From: the human T2T-CHM13v2.0 reference genome, Homo sapiens
Strand: one strand, 5' to 3'
DNA length: 64,000 nt
NCBI RefSeq assembly: GCF_009914755.1
Contig: NC_060933.1
Shown: positions 12,641-26,714 of the stretch, piece by piece
Layout: every line of letters starts with the position of its first letter
Position numbering within the stretch: the stretch's first letter is position 1
Translations under genes and position numbers: made by a program
The notes under the pieces: generated by a model
Databases searched by the model: none
What the model saw: only the letters and a program-made list of their open reading frames with translations
What the model was told of the DNA's origin: nothing

Positions 12641-13369
12641 ATTGGTTTCTAAAGTCTCTCTGGGTTCCTACAGTCCTCCCCAGCAGTGAAAACCAAAACT
12701 GAGCAGTCTCCTAGCTCCTGCCACCTCTTCAACAGAACTTCCAATGGCCCTAGGACTTCAATACATTTTCTTTGAACTTCCTTAATAGTAATGTTACTGT
12801 CTCTCTCAATATCTTAAAGTGTGTGTTTTCATGAATGTGATGCTACATGTCCACTAAACTCTACCAGATTTTTGCCATGTTTTTGTACTAGTGAAAACTT
12901 TGTGAATGGACGCCATACTCTGACCTTTAAAACACTCTTGTGTAATTGATTTTTAGATGAGTTTTTCCTTACAGGATTCAAAACTGGTACATTCATATGG
13001 GAAACCAATGTAAAACCAACACCCTCTACTGAGTTTGCATCCTTTTATAAGTGTTTTTCTGCTATAATTTCAGTAGGGTATTAAAAAAAATGTGATTCTA
13101 AATAATTCTGACCTCTTTAGGAAGACAACAAATGGTGTATTTGATTCAAAGCATTTCCCATGGTTGTTTAAAGACAAGTAAGAAAATGAGTAGTCCAGCC
13201 ATATGGAGATGGGATAACTCAAAGGCAGGCCCATCTCAGAGGGCCCATTCACTCAGCAGCAGACAGAGTGTTCTAACAGAGGAGAGCAGGGTGAGGAGAG
13301 AGCCCTTGGGTTTGAGGTTAGAGGGAAGAGATGGAAGGTTGTCCAAGAGTTTTACAAATGGGCCTCTAT

Positions 13370-14232
13370 GAGCCTCTATTAGGCTTCTTGCTTTATAAGT
13401 AACAGAATCTCAATTTAAACTAGGCTCAAGAAAAAGAATCCTTTTTAAATGATCCACTCGTTATCTTAGCTGAAAAATTCTGAGGTAGGACTGATCAGAC
13501 ATGCGTGAATATAGATACTCAAAGGATATCGTTGCAATGTATCTGTATCTCTCAGCTCTGCTTTCTTACTTGTCACCTTCATTCTCAAGCCACTTCTCCT
13601 ATCATGCTGACAAAATGGCGGCTCACTGGTTCATAACTCTACAGCTCAGCAAGCTTGGTGGAAAGAGAGCTTCTCTTTGCCAAAAGTTTCAATGAAGTCC
13701 TCGGATTGAGTCTCATTGAACCAGCCTAGGTCATGTGTCAGAACCTGAACCAATCACCACATGCAGGGCATGAAATAAGCTGATGGGCCAGGGCTGTGTC
13801 ATCCCACATCTTAGATGAGGGGTGGAGGGTAGGAGTCAGGCAACTCCAACTGGGCTGGTGGGCTGAGCTACAGAGAGTAGCAGCTCACCTATGGTGATGA
13901 ATGGCTCACTCTTTCCCAAGTCTGTTTCTCTTCTCCCTAATTACACATTCTAATGATAGTTCCTAGCCTCTTGACACGTGTGACCATGTAACTGGGGTCC
14001 AATGAGTGGAAAGTGAGGAAAAGTAATATGTATTGCCTCTAGGCCCATCAAACTTTGCAAGCTGTGAATGAAAGATAGCAGAAACACAAAATCGAAAAGA
14101 AGTCTAGGTCCCTAAATCTTTACCACATGGAGGAAAACTGCCCACCAAACATCCATTGTGAATATTCTATCATGTTGAAAACATTATACATTTTGCGAAT
14201 TTGTTATAGCAGCTAACATTATCTTCACTAAT
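13370..14232. mobile_element. Two adjacent old MaLR LTR fragments (MLT1J/K/L-like)
   Basis: TAAGTAACAGAATCTCAATTTAAACTAGG...GGTCATGTGTCAGAACCTGAACCAATCAC (antisense), followed by a sense LTR ending TTGTTATAGCAGCTAACATTATCTTCACTAATA. Confidence 0.6.
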
Positions 14233-14369
14233 AAGGAACAAATTAAAAAAAAAAAGACATTTGTAAACTGAACAGGCAAAACAGCTCATGTCTACTACAA
14301 AGCTTCTATGCCTTTAGTGCTGAAGATTTCAGACACCCTGATGGGTTTAATCAGTCAGTTACCATGGCT

Positions 14370-14560
14370 TGATGGAAGCACTGGTCAAAGAGTCAAAAGA
14401 TAGGGTTCAAAAGACTCTGCTACTGATGACTGTGTGACCCCAGGCATGTCACTTCTCTCTGACCTTCATTTTCTTCATCTGCAAAATGGCAACTGCAATA
14501 TCTGCTTGACTGCTTGACTGTAAGAATCAAATACAATTATGTGAGTTTGAGTGTGATGTA
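14370..14560 (+). mobile_element. MIR
   Basis: TGTGTGACCCCAGGCATGTCACTT...TTCATCTGCAAAATGG. Confidence 0.75.
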
Positions 14561-15244
14561 GACTATATAAAGCCCTGGGCTGGCCTGTAAACAAACCAAT
14601 AACCTGACGCTGTCAGAAGCAATGAAAAGCATGCGGATTTGCCCAGTTGGTTAGAGCAAAGCATTAATGAGTCTATTTGGTCTCACACAGAAAAATATTT
14701 TGTCTCGTTCATAGAACCATAAAAATTAGCACCAGGCTAGGCTTTAGGAAGAAAAACCTAAGCAAGATATATAATACATCCTACCTTGGGGAGAGAGACA
14801 GCACAGCTGTGACCGAGTCTGCTATAAGACAAGCTTGAAACCTTCCTCCCTTCTCACCATTTTCTTCCATTCTCACTCAAATCCTACCCTCTATACTCAG
14901 AAGTTGGCTTCTTTGTTTGTTTATGTCTTCCTAAACTAGTCACTCCTCAGGCTTCCTCCCCTTCTCTCTTGAACCAGTAAAATCCAGTCTAGTCCACCTG
15001 CCACAAGGCTGCTGAGCAATCCTTCCAAAACACAATCATTCCATTTCTCTGGGCCTAGAAACTTCTGTTTGTTATCCTGCATTCAAGATGCATGGAATTC
15101 TTTTACCATAGCTTTCAGGACCCCTAACAATCTGGTCTCAACCTACCCTTTCTAGTCTTATTTACCCCCAGTCCAGGTCAAACAGACCTCTTCTCCACTC
15201 ATTTCCTGGGTACCCCAGCTGCTTTCGAGACTTTTATCTCTGCC

Positions 15245-15780
15245 TGGGAGTTCGGAGGTCCAGGCAGCAAATGGAGATAAGGAAGCTCACAAACTCAGAG
15301 CTGGAGACATAGATTGGGAATATCTCTATAAAAGGAAGAGCTGAAAGCATAGAGCTGGTGAGCTCAGTGGGCAGTACAGGTGGGGAAGAGAAGGGAAGAG
15401 GAGCCTCGAGGAAGTCAGGGAAGGGGGAGGGAGGGAAATCTCGGGTAGACTGGTGTATGAGGAGGCACTGTGAGTGGAAGAAGGAGGCTCCAAGGCAGAG
15501 GAAGAACACAAAGACATTGGTGTGGGAGGAGAAATAGAAGCAGGAAGCAGCACAGAGCCCAAGGAAGGAGACAGTGACAAGAAGGAGGGAGGATGACTAG
15601 CATCAAATACTGCAGGGAGGTAGGCAGGTAAGGAGAGAGAAGAAGTCTCACTGGTTTGGGCTAGGAGAGAGTCAGAATTTTTTTGTTGGAATAACTGAGG
15701 CAGGAGCCAGGAGGCAGTGGGTTCAGGAATGAAGAGGAGATAAGGAAAAGGAGGCAATGGAAGGAGCTGACCTTTCAGGA
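15245..15780 (-). mobile_element. L2 fragment
   Basis: Purine-rich antisense L2 (AGAGCTGGAGACATAGATTGGGAAT...GCATCAAATACTGCAGGGAGG). Confidence 0.65.
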
Positions 15781-16379
15781 AGACTGGCTTAAGGTTACTT
15801 GGGTCAGCTCTCTAAAAAGCAACCCACTGTGGCTGGCACTGTGGTGCTGGGGGTTGCAGGGAGTCACTCTCTGCCTTATCCTGTGGAGATTTCAGCAGCC
15901 ACTACCTGTTTCTGATGGCCCAGCCAGGCTGCTGTAGCATGAGCTGTTTTTCACCATCATTTGAAAGGAACCTAACAATGGGTGCTGAAATCTCATGTGC
16001 TGCAAAGCGCCTTCCTCCTTCACCGCCACCTCCTCCTTCACTCACGTGGCTCACAGATATCTTCCATAGAGAGCCTCCTGGAGGCCACTTCACACAACTT
16101 GCTAACGTAGAAGCCATCCCTGGTGAAGACCATGGACAGAACTCATCCTGAGCACAGGACTTCAGAGGATCAAAACATGGTTCCTCTAGGCTGCAGGTCT
16201 GGACCTTCGACAAGTCACATCTCCTGTTGAAGCCTCAATGTCTTCCTCTGTCAAATAGGAACAACAGGTTTTTTGTTTAACCTTAGAAGATAAAGTCAGA
16301 AAATGGATGTTAAACCTCACAGAAAATTGTAAAGCTTCCCTGGAGGGCTTGTTATTAACAATGTTCTTCTGATCATGAA

Positions 16380-17180
16380 AGTGCACATTTGCCTGGAGTT
16401 TCCCAGACATGTCATCCTCAACTCCTCTCTTTCTCCCATAACCTGCAGAAAAAATCCTGTTAGCTCTACCTTCTACATACACCATGCTTCCAACCATTTC
16501 TCTCCACCTCCCCCACGATCACTGCAGCCCAAGCCATCATCATGGCTCTCTTGGAAAATTGCAATAGCTATGCAGCTAGTTTGGGGACTTACGATGCCGC
16601 ATTCCCACAGCCTCTTTTCCCTCAAAGCAGTCAGAATGGCCTTTTCCAAAATGTAGCCATCACAGCATCCTTCCCTCAAAACCCTCCAATGGCTTCTCAC
16701 TGTGTGTGCAAAATAATCTCAAGTCCCTGCTATGCCCTAAAAGGCCCCTGCCCGGTGACCTGCCTTCCGCTGTTCAGAAGCTTCTTGCAGTTTCATGACC
16801 ACACCATGCTTGTCCCACTCCAAGGCTTCTGCTTTGATGTGGGAGCCACTCCCTTATTTTATATCATGCAGGTCTTCACTCAGCCTCTTCAGAAAGGTCT
16901 CCCCAACTATGTTATTTCAAAGCCCTGCTTCCCAGCATGCCAGCCCCATCCGCACCTCAACTCCTTCCCTCTTCATCCCATTATCCTATTTTATTTGTCT
17001 TTGCAGAACATTGACGTCATGTTTGCATGTGTTAGTTTCATATCTAACTCCCCCAATGAAATGCAACTTTTGTTAGGACAAGGACTTGCTTCTGTCCTGT
17101 TATCCTCAGCACCTAGAACAGTGCCTAATAGGTCGCAGGCCCTGAATAAGTATCTATTGCATGAAAGAATGAATGAAGAA
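16380..17180 (+). mobile_element. L2 3' portion
   Basis: Ends CAGCACCTAGAACAGTGCCTAATAGGTCGCAGGCCCTGAATAAG...GAATGAATGAA. Confidence 0.85.
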
Positions 17181-17409
17181 GTGTTCTTCCCACATTTGTC
17201 TAGCGTGGCAGTGTCCTAAATTCTGTCCATCTCACTCCACACAGCCCAGCTCCCTATACCAGTAGATGGCTTCCCTCTGAGCCCCTCATCCTGGCAATCT
17301 TGACTCCTTGAAAGGGAAGGAAAAGAGCTGTTTGCTTAATTTGATCGAAAGAACTGCTTTTCACTAGTATGGGTGGAACCTTTTGAGTGGCAGCAAAAGG
17401 TACAATCTT

Positions 17410-17900
17410 TATTTATCTTTTAAAATATGACTCTAGTAAGATGTGAATACATTCTCATTGTAAAATATTCCAACCCAGTTGTATACAGAGTAACAAAATT
17501 CCTTCCCCTTTTCACACATGCCAACGCCACTCCACATCCCCACCAGACACTACTATCTAATGTTTCCTTGAAGACCCTTTCTTTGCACTGACACGTACTT
17601 TGTAGAGAGATACATACAAATTCCCTTTGAAAGAATGGTGTCACACTATGTCTTGTGCTGCAACTTACTCTTAGCAATACACTTTATGGATCTTTGCTTC
17701 TCAGTTCACCTAGAACTATGTTCTTTTTAGTGGCTGCCTGGTACTTCTTGGTACAGATGCAATCGAACTTTCTTTAATGCAGTGTGGAAGGAATAGATAG
17801 GCCAGCTCTTATTTTTGGCTACTACAAACACTGCTACAACCAACTTCCTTGTTCACACAATGCAGTACACATCAATATGTCTGCAGGAAAGATACCTAAA
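17410..17900 (-). mobile_element. Old L1 (L1ME-like) fragment
   Basis: TTTTTGGCTACTACAAACACTGCTACAACCAACTTCCTTGT and neighbouring antisense L1ME-like motifs. Confidence 0.5.
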
Positions 17901-18049
17901 AGACAAAGAAACAGTCTCAATCATATTCATGAACAGTTAAAAATAGAAATAATTATACTATAGAATAATCTTTTATCAAGAGACCAATCAATAACTCAAT
18001 TTTCCAAAGAGCGACTATTGAATATAATGATAGGGGAGAGGGAATTTAC

Positions 18050-18260
18050 ACTTAATAAGGGCCTCCAAAGCTTTCCATGGGTATTTCACATCCAACCTTA
18101 CAAGCACCCAGCAGAGTGGGTATTGTTTGCCCTGTGAAACTGGAAGAAACTGAGGCTCAGAGCATGGAGGTGCCACACCCAAAGCCCCCAACTATTAAGT
18201 GGCAGAGCCGTGACCCAAACCCAGGCCTGTTTGCAAAGCCCACTATTTTTGCAGTACACC
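18050..18260 (-). mobile_element. MIR
   Basis: GAAGAAACTGAGGCTCAGAG core. Confidence 0.75.
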
Positions 18261-18719
18261 ACGGGTTTTCCTTTTCAGCCTCCTCTTTCTGTTCAATAGA
18301 AAAAAAAAAATGTGCCATGAAACTTGCTCATCTGCAATCACTCATTCCAATTCACCTGTTGTCTCACCTAAAAACTACCCTCCTGCTTCACGGCTCATCA
18401 TTAAAACAAGAGGACCATCGGAAGGGTGTGCACCCTCACAGAAAATTCCCTCTGTATCCTTTCTTAGGAGACAGAAGAGAGGCCTCTTTTTGAGGCTGTC
18501 TCCTACCTATGAGAACACATTCGTACTGTCTCAGCTTCAGCTGGTGACTGGGACTTCTGAGAGTTCTGCCCTGTCCTGGAGCAGGGAGTGTAGAGGAAAG
18601 GGGTCCCTTAGAACCTGCACGTTTAGCCAGTGCAAGCAAACAATTTCTCAGTATCAAAGGATGCTCCAAGATGTCTGGATAGCTTTACTCTCAAATGAAT
18701 AAAAGAAAACAGAAAAGGT

Positions 18720-18992
18720 GGCTGGGCTTAGTGGCTCACACCTGTAATCCCAGAACTTTGGGAGGCATAGGCAGACGGATTGTTTGAGGCCAAGAGTCGA
18801 GACTGGCTGGACAACATGGCGACACCCCATCTCTACTAAAAATACAAAAATTAGCCAGGCGTGGTGGCACAAGCCTGTAGTCCCAGCTACTGGGAAGGAT
18901 GAGGCCGGGAGAATCACTTGAGCCTCATCAAGAGGTGGAAGTTGCAGTGAGCCGAGATGGCACCGCTGCACTTTGTCTCAAAAAAAAAAAAA
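18720..18992 (+). mobile_element. Alu (J/early S) with right-arm deletion
   Basis: Dimeric Alu with polyA. TSD AAAACAGAAAAGG at 18706-18718 and 18989-19001. Confidence 0.95.
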
Positions 18993-20953
18993 CAGAAAAG
19001 GCAAGAGGGGGGCCAAACGTTCACCCATGAAGACTGTCTGGGGGACAAAAGCAATTCAAAGGAAAAAAAACTAAATGTAGATGATTACGCAGAAGCATGG
19101 GTCATGGATTTAAGAGAACCCAGCATGACAGGGCTGGAAGGGGCCTGAAATATCTGCCTGTCCAACATCACGTCCACAGCTCGGGTGTCTTCTGCAGCAC
19201 ACAGGCCTCACTGACAGGGAGCACATGACGGCCCCAAGCACCAAGGTCTGCCTTTGCACATCCCCGCCTGTTCGGGAGCTCTTCCTTCTGGTAGTCTAAA
19301 ACTGACCTGCCTTTCCTTCCACCTCCTTAGCCCCAGGTCTACTCCCTTGAGACCCCACTGAACAAGCCCAGTCTTGCCTCTCAGAGACAGCCCTTCCAAC
19401 CCTGAGAAATGCCCCAATTCCCCAGCGTCTGTGACACCTTCACAGCAGGTCTGAAGGAGCTGCAGGATAGAAGCTTTCTTAACAAACAGGTCTAGCCTTT
19501 CTGGTTAGGAGAGCTGTCTGGACAAAGAAAACCAATCCCACTTGTCTTTTGAATCTGCAGCCAGATGGGGAAGCAACAATAGCCCCAGGAGAAGTGGGGG
19601 AGGACCTGCCTCTTCACATCTTAATGAAGGTGTGAACTTTGAAGCTTTATTATGAACACTTGAAAGCTTACCCCTGGCTAAGCTCCTTTCAGCTGCTCAC
19701 TGTCACCCTGGATAATGAGGCCGCAGCTGTGTGGGAAGCACTGGGGCAGGAGACGGGGAGACCCAGAGTTATCTGGAGGCAGGAGCCTCGCAAGCCCTGG
19801 CAGAAAAGCCACCCTTGGCTGTGGGCACTGCCCCGTGACCAGGCCCTGGGGACTTTCAGGGACAAGGAACTCTCTGTTCAAACCAAAGGAGGGCAGTAAC
19901 CCCATTAGGGACAGGAGAAAGGCCTGGAGAGTCCTATTCTTTTTTTTTAACCTTCTAGGTAATAAAAATAATGACTCACACCTGGAGGGCACCTTACATC
20001 ATCACCTCATTTAGATTCACAGAAAAGTCTCTGTGGGGCAAAAAGGACAGTGGCACAGAGAAGACTGTGACCCTGCATGAGGTCACTTGGCCCGTAAGTG
20101 GCAGGTCAACCAGTTCCAACCCCGATTTTTTTCCATCCCATAACTGTCACTTTCCTTGAAGCCTTCAGGTCGAGTCTTGAGGTATCCACTAAAATATCAA
20201 AACATGATTAGTATGCAAACAACAAAAGAATAGTCGACATTGAGTCCTTTTTATGTCCCTAGCACTGGTGTGATTTAATCCTCGCAACAACCAAATCAGG
20301 TAGGTATTATTACAGACAGGGAAACAGATGCAGACAGAAGTGACTTACCCAAGGTCACACAGCCAGCAAGTGGCCAGGTCACATTTGAACTGCAGCTTTT
20401 TTAGAAGCGTATTTCACTTGTCTGCATTGTGACTGTAATACCTGCTTATTATAGAAACTGAGAAAATCCAAAGACAGAGAAAAAAAGAAAATCAAGGCCC
20501 CATTGCCAAAACATGTGTGTTATATTCACCTCCTGGCTTTTTCTCTAGGCACTTACATTTTACACGTATTCATTCAATATGCATTTCTTGAGTGCCTGTT
20601 GTGTACCAAGCACCATTCTGGATACTGGGGATTCAAAGGTGAACCAGAACAGCAGGTCCCTGTCCTCAGAGGTTGACATTCTAGGGCCGCCTTCCTGTGT
20701 ATTTCAGTGGCCCTCATCAACTGCCTGGATCCCAGGCTTTCTCCCGCAGAACTGCCCTCATATAAAGTGCCAGAGGGCTCTAACCATAGTTTAAAGGGCA
20801 CCAAGACTCATGTGACATCTACCCGACATCTACGTGCTCAGTGTCTCTGTGCCAGTCGCCAACACAGCAGCAAACAATAAAAGTGCTGGACTTCCTTCTT
20901 TCTTGCTCTCAGTTTCCACAAGGATAGAAAATTACTCTGGATGCTCTGTAGGG

Positions 20954-21278
20954 CGGGGGTCCCTGACCCCCAGGCCACGGACCGGTACCAGTCCACAGCC
21001 TGTTAGGAACTGGGCTGTACAGCAGGAGGTGAGTGGCAAGCAAGCAAGCATTACCGCCTGAGCTCCACCTCCTGTCAGATGGGCAGCAGCAGTACATTCT
21101 CATAGGAGTGCGAACTGCACATGCGAGGGATCTACGTTGCCTGCTCATTATGAGAATCTTATTAATGCCCGATGGTGTGAGGTGGAAAGGTTTCATCCCA
21201 AGATCATCCCCCAAACCCCACTGAAAAATTGTCTTCCGTGAAACTGGTCTCTGGTGCCAAAAATGTTGGAGACCACTG
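20954..21278 (+). mobile_element. MER1B (hAT-Charlie)
   Basis: CGGGGGTCCCTGACCCCCAGGCCACGGACCGGTACC...GGTGCCAAAAATGTTGGAGACCACTG. Perfect 8-bp TSD CTGTAGGG at 20946-20953 and 21279-21286. Confidence 0.92.
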
Positions 21279-22150
21279 CTGTAGGGCATCAAATATGTCA
21301 TTTCCGTGATTGCAAGACAGCAACTGATTGTAAGACATAATGGGTTTCTTGGACAGAATGAGCTTACTGATTAGAAAATGGAGCCAGAGTTACTCCTCCT
21401 AACTGTGGCAGGAGAACAGCTTCCTAAGTATTAAACCCACATTTTCTAAACAGGGAAACTGAGGCTCAGAGAAACTGAGGTTCATTTGCCCAAAGTCACC
21501 TTGAGCTAGGAATCAGTCAGGTGTGTGCAGCCAGGACAGCTTTGAAAGACAATAGGACTAGGGATTGTCAGTATCTCAGAAGACAAGATGACCCAGTTAT
21601 AATCCCAGAATGGAAGAATCTCATCTGTTCGGCCAAGCTCCACAGCAGGGAATCCAGTCACCAGCTGAGACTCTGGAATTGTGGTTCTCAAATTTTTTGG
21701 TCTCAGGACCCTTTTAACAACTAATACAAATTATTGACACCCTCAAAGAGTTTTGTGTATGTGAATGACCAGCTGTGGGCAGCTGAACCCCAACTGCCCT
21801 ATCAATACTGCATAGGGAATTAAAACTGAAAATGTTTTAAATATTTGTTAATGTATTTTAAAATAATATCCGTTAACACAAATAACATACTTTTATTTTA
21901 ACAAACTATGTTTTCTGAAACAAAAAAAAATTAGAAGAATGGCGTTGTTTTACCTTTGTGCACATCAAGAGCTGGATTTCCCCATCTGTTTCTTCTGTCA
22001 ATCTGTTGCAATACATTGTTTCATTTGAAGTATGTAAAGAAAATCCAACTTCACACAGATAGGTAGTTATCTGCTTTTTGCAGATAATTGTGGTTGTTCT
22101 TCATACCAAAACTCAGCGTGTGGTAGCTTCCTAAAAATTTGTTGCAATGT

Positions 22151-22877
<727 letters not shown>

Positions 22878-24203
22878 TTGCACATGCGTGTTTTGTAATA
22901 TCACGCATTGGTCATTTGGAAAGTCCCGACTCCAGGATTTACAGAGATCCTCCAGGTGTTGACACATTTTATTTTAATACCCTCTGGAAAACTTTACTAT
23001 ATGAGAGAATGAGAACGGAAAAAGGCAAATGATATCTAAGTACTATTGTGAAAATAGTTTTGACTCCGAGGGTTCCCTGAAAAGATCTCAGTGACCCTGC
23101 AGAGGTGCACAGACAACCCTTCAAGAACTACTGCCCTGGAGTGAGGAACACTTGATGACTATCGGGAAATCCAGGTGTGGGCAGCTGCACCCCAACCCTC
23201 TGAAGGCAGGAAACGCACAGAAAGTGGGACCCAAGACAGAAGGCCAGTCCTATGGTTGGGAAAAGACAGATTATGTGTGCCTGGGAAGGTGCTCCAAGGG
23301 CATCCCCTATGAACAGCAAAAGATCATTGAGAAGCATTCAAGGGCCCCAGCAGGGAGGTCCCAGTCACTAGACCCAGGATCAGAGAGTGCAGCGAAGCCT
23401 CACTGAAGATTCAACCTACCTCCCTCCCCATCTAGTGTCTGGAAGTACAAGGAGATACCAGCTGGATGGAGCTGGGTCAGCAGAGGCTGGAGTCAAGTGT
23501 TTGAGGTAGATACTGGTGAGGGTGAATGTATATGGAATGAACATCTAATCCTGAGTGTGCCCATCTCTTTGAGGGTGGAGTCAAAATAAAAGGAGTCTAT
23601 AAAAAATATGATCAAGAGACAAGGGATGACAAGAGGGAAAGGGAGGAAGGACTCAGGAGCAATGGGCCCCCAGTTTGGCCGACTGCTTTGCATTCTCTGC
23701 ACCATCACCTGACTTCCCAGGAAGTGTCTCGTGTCTTCATTCTCTTGCCACAGTCCTGGGTAAATCTCTCATCACCTCTTTTCTTGTAACTGGTCTCTCT
23801 GCTTTCAGGGTTGGCACCTCCAATCTACCCCCTAGTCTTGCCATCAGACTTTTCTTTCTGCAATACAGATTTGATCAGGTCTTACCCCTATTTAAAACTG
23901 TTAGGTTAAAAAAAATGGTAAGATATTATCTCCCATTACCCACGGAGTCAAGGCTGGCCCAGTCAGTACTCAGTAAACATACAAGTTAGACTCCACCATT
24001 CCCTGCTTGTCCTCCAACTATTGCAGACCCTCTCTGTCTGGTCTTGGCTCTGTCCTTGCTCTTTGGTCTACTCCTTTGTCTTCCCAATGTACACATTTCT
24101 TAAGTCTGTCTCCCACTTGTAGTCCCTTGAGGGTGAATGTTAGCTTCCCTGGTTTGAACATCCAGTGCTCTCTAGCTGTTGTTCTGTTGTTTGCTTTAAC
24201 CTC

Positions 24204-24695
24204 TATGGTATGGAGCAAATTGGACCCCCAGAGATGTCCATGCCCTAATCCCCAAATCCTTACAGGGCAAAAGAGACTTTGCAGATGTGATTAAGGGTAC
24301 AAACCTTGAAATTGGGAGATTATACTGGATTATCTGGGCATGCCCAATCTGATCACATGGAGTCCTTAAAAGTGGAGAACATTTCCCAGCTGAGTCAGAG
24401 AGCGAGCTGCCACTATGGAGGCAGAGTCAGAGAGAGGCAATGTTTCTATGAAGGTGGAAAAAGCGGCACACGAGTTGAAGAATACGGGTGGTCTCTGGAA
24501 GCTGGAAAAGGCGGGGAGACGGATGTTCCTCTAAAGCCTCCACCAAGAAGTACAGCCCTACTGACACCCTACTTTGAGCCCAGTGAGACCTGGGTTGGAC
24601 TTCTGACCTATAGAACTATAAGATAATAAATCTGTGCTGTTTTAAGCCACAAAGCTTATGGTAATTTGGTACAGCAGCAATAAGGAACTGATACA
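24204..24695 (+). mobile_element. MLT1D LTR
   Basis: GGCAAAAGAGACTTTGCAGATGTGATTAAGG...AGAACTATAAGATAATAAATCTGTGCTGTTTTAAGCCAC...GAACTGATACA. Confidence 0.88.
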
Positions 24696-25154
24696 CTACC
24701 CCCTCCACCTTTAGTCTATTCTGGAAAGCTTTCCTATCTGACGAGGCTAAGGTATCAGGGATATTCCCTAACTTGCCCATGAAGTGGGATGGGGTGGCAG
24801 AACCATGTCATAAGTCAAAGTCCACCTCAACTGGGCAACTATGAGACAAGAGATGTGCATTATAGCACGGTGATCAACGCACAGCTCCTAGAGGCTGCAA
24901 GGCCTGTCTCTGCCATACTGGATTTGTCTGCTTGTCCAGTTTACTCCTGAACCTTTGAAATGTGAGGGTTTCATTTGTTTCTGTAAATGACCTTCTGTAA
25001 CATGTATTTCCCATGCCTGAGTTCTCCAGAACCACTGTCCACTTAACTGAGAAACAGAGAAGGGAAGCAAAGGCCGTGACATCCAGTGTGCCTGCCACAT
25101 CAGTCTCCCCTCTGTTTCTGAGGTGGCTGTGTACTGGAATTAAAGGTGTCAAAG

Positions 25155-25751
25155 GATCCATAGTTTCTCTCACTCTGTAGGTTGTGTGTTTACCCTGTTA
25201 ATAGTTTCTTTTGCTGTGCGGAAGCTCTTTAGTTTAATTAGATCCCATTTGTCACATTTTTGCTTTTGTTGCAATTGCTTTCGGCATCTTCATCATGAAG
25301 TGTTTGCCCGTGCCTATGTCCTGAATGGTATTGCCTAGGTTGTCTTCCAGTGCCCACCAATGATAGACTGGATAAAGAAAATGTGGTCCATATATACCAT
25401 GGAATACTATGCAGCCATGAAAAGAATGAGATCATGTCCTTTTCAGGGCCATGGATGGAGCTAGAGGCCATTATCCTTAGCAAACTAACAGAGGAACAGA
25501 AAACCGAAAACCACATGTTCTCACTTATGAGTAGGAGCTAAATGATGAAAACACATGGACACATCAAGGGGAACAACACACATTGGGACCTGTCAGAGGG
25601 CAAAGGGTAAGAGAAGGGAGAAGATCAGGAAAAATAGCTAATGGTTACTAGGCTTAATACCTGGTGATGACATAATCTGTACAACAAACCCACATGACAT
25701 GACAAACTTGTACATGTACCCCTGAACCTAAAATAAAAGTTAAAAAAAAAA
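25155..25751 (+). mobile_element. L1PA13-like, 5'-truncated with 5' inversion
   Basis: 25155-25350 antisense ORF2 piece; 25351-25751 sense ORF2 end, 3'UTR and polyA. TSD AAAGGTGTCAAAG (25142-25154) / AAAGATGTCAAAG (25750-25762). Confidence 0.92.
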
Positions 25752-25789
25752 AGATGTCAAAGAGGAGCAAAAGACAGTACAAAGCTTGG

Positions 25790-26000
25790 GAGGCAGCCAC
25801 TTCTGGGATTTGAATGCTATGTCTGATGTGACCTAGCTGTGTGGCCTTTGGGCTAGCTGCTTAACCTCTCTGAGCCTTAGTTTCTTTATCTGTAAAATTT
25901 ACACAAGAATGTTGACTTGCAAGTTTGCTGTAAATATTAGGCAATAAAACGTATAGAATGTTTCCAAAAAAGTACCTGGCACACAGTAGGTACACGGCCA
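25790..26000 (+). mobile_element. MIR
   Basis: TTAACCTCTCTGAGCCTTAGTTTCTTTATCTGTAAAAT...CCTGGCACACAGTAGG. Confidence 0.8.
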
Positions 26001-26071
26001 ACAGCACCTAATGGGAGTAGAACGCAAAAGAACACAGAATATGTGGAGTTCATATTGGTGACACACTGTAA

Positions 26072-26085
26072 CCACTAGGGGGTGC
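26072..26085 (+). promoter_or_regulatory. Candidate CTCF motif
   Basis: CCACTAGGGGGTGC matches CCASYAGRKGGCRS at 13/14. The mismatch is C>T at a CpG. Confidence 0.45.
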
Positions 26086-26311
26086 TCAAAAACCCCTTTC
26101 ACTCTGTCCCGAAGGAAAAATATCTCATCTTTGTGAGACTAAGATCCCAATTGGACATTGCCTAGGAGATAAAGTCTTCAGTGGAAGGAATAGAAGAGTT
26201 TAAACCTTCTATGTCAAAGCTTCCATGTCAAGAGATCTGTGTCAGATCTCTCTTTTGGGTGTCTTTTCTCGATTCCCTCCCATATGGCTGGAGTAGTGAG
26301 AGACCCAGCGC

Positions 26312-26714
26312 AGTGGTGTGCTACGGACCAAGGACTGTTAAATTTTCAGCTATTATTAAATACTAAATCATAGAAATTTACAAGTAAGTAAATCATTATA
26401 AACAAGAGTAATAAATACTCAAAAATCATTATTATTTCACTGTGTTTTACTGTCAGCTCTGATGTTGAGGTCACGCGTATTGTATCTTTAAGGTGGAAAT
26501 ATTACATAATCGTGTGCTACTGCGTGTCTTCCCAGCCCAATATTCAGTGGGGTCATGTTGGCAACTTGAAATTGGCCATGGTGGGAGTATTTGCACCACA
26601 GAAATTGGCAAACACTACAAACCAGGGCTTGATTTATTGTTCTGTTGATTATCTAGGGCAGGGGCCAACAAACTACATTCCGTGGGCCAAATTTGGCCCA
26701 CTGCCTGTTTTGTA
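26312..26714 (+). mobile_element. MER63-like (hAT-Blackjack) followed by MER58A 5' fragment (26659-26714)
   Basis: CAGTGGTGTGCT...TTGAAATTGGCCATGGTGGGAGTATTTGCACCACAGAAATTGGCAAAC; then CAGGGGCCAACAAACTAC...GGGCCAAATTTGGCCC. Confidence 0.75.

Noticed and set aside
14633-14720. Functional tRNA gene
   Set aside because: No B-box/T-arm or acceptor stem pairing.
16542-17219. 225-aa ORF
   Set aside because: Lies almost entirely within a decayed L2 3' region with no recognisable protein similarity. Chance open frame.
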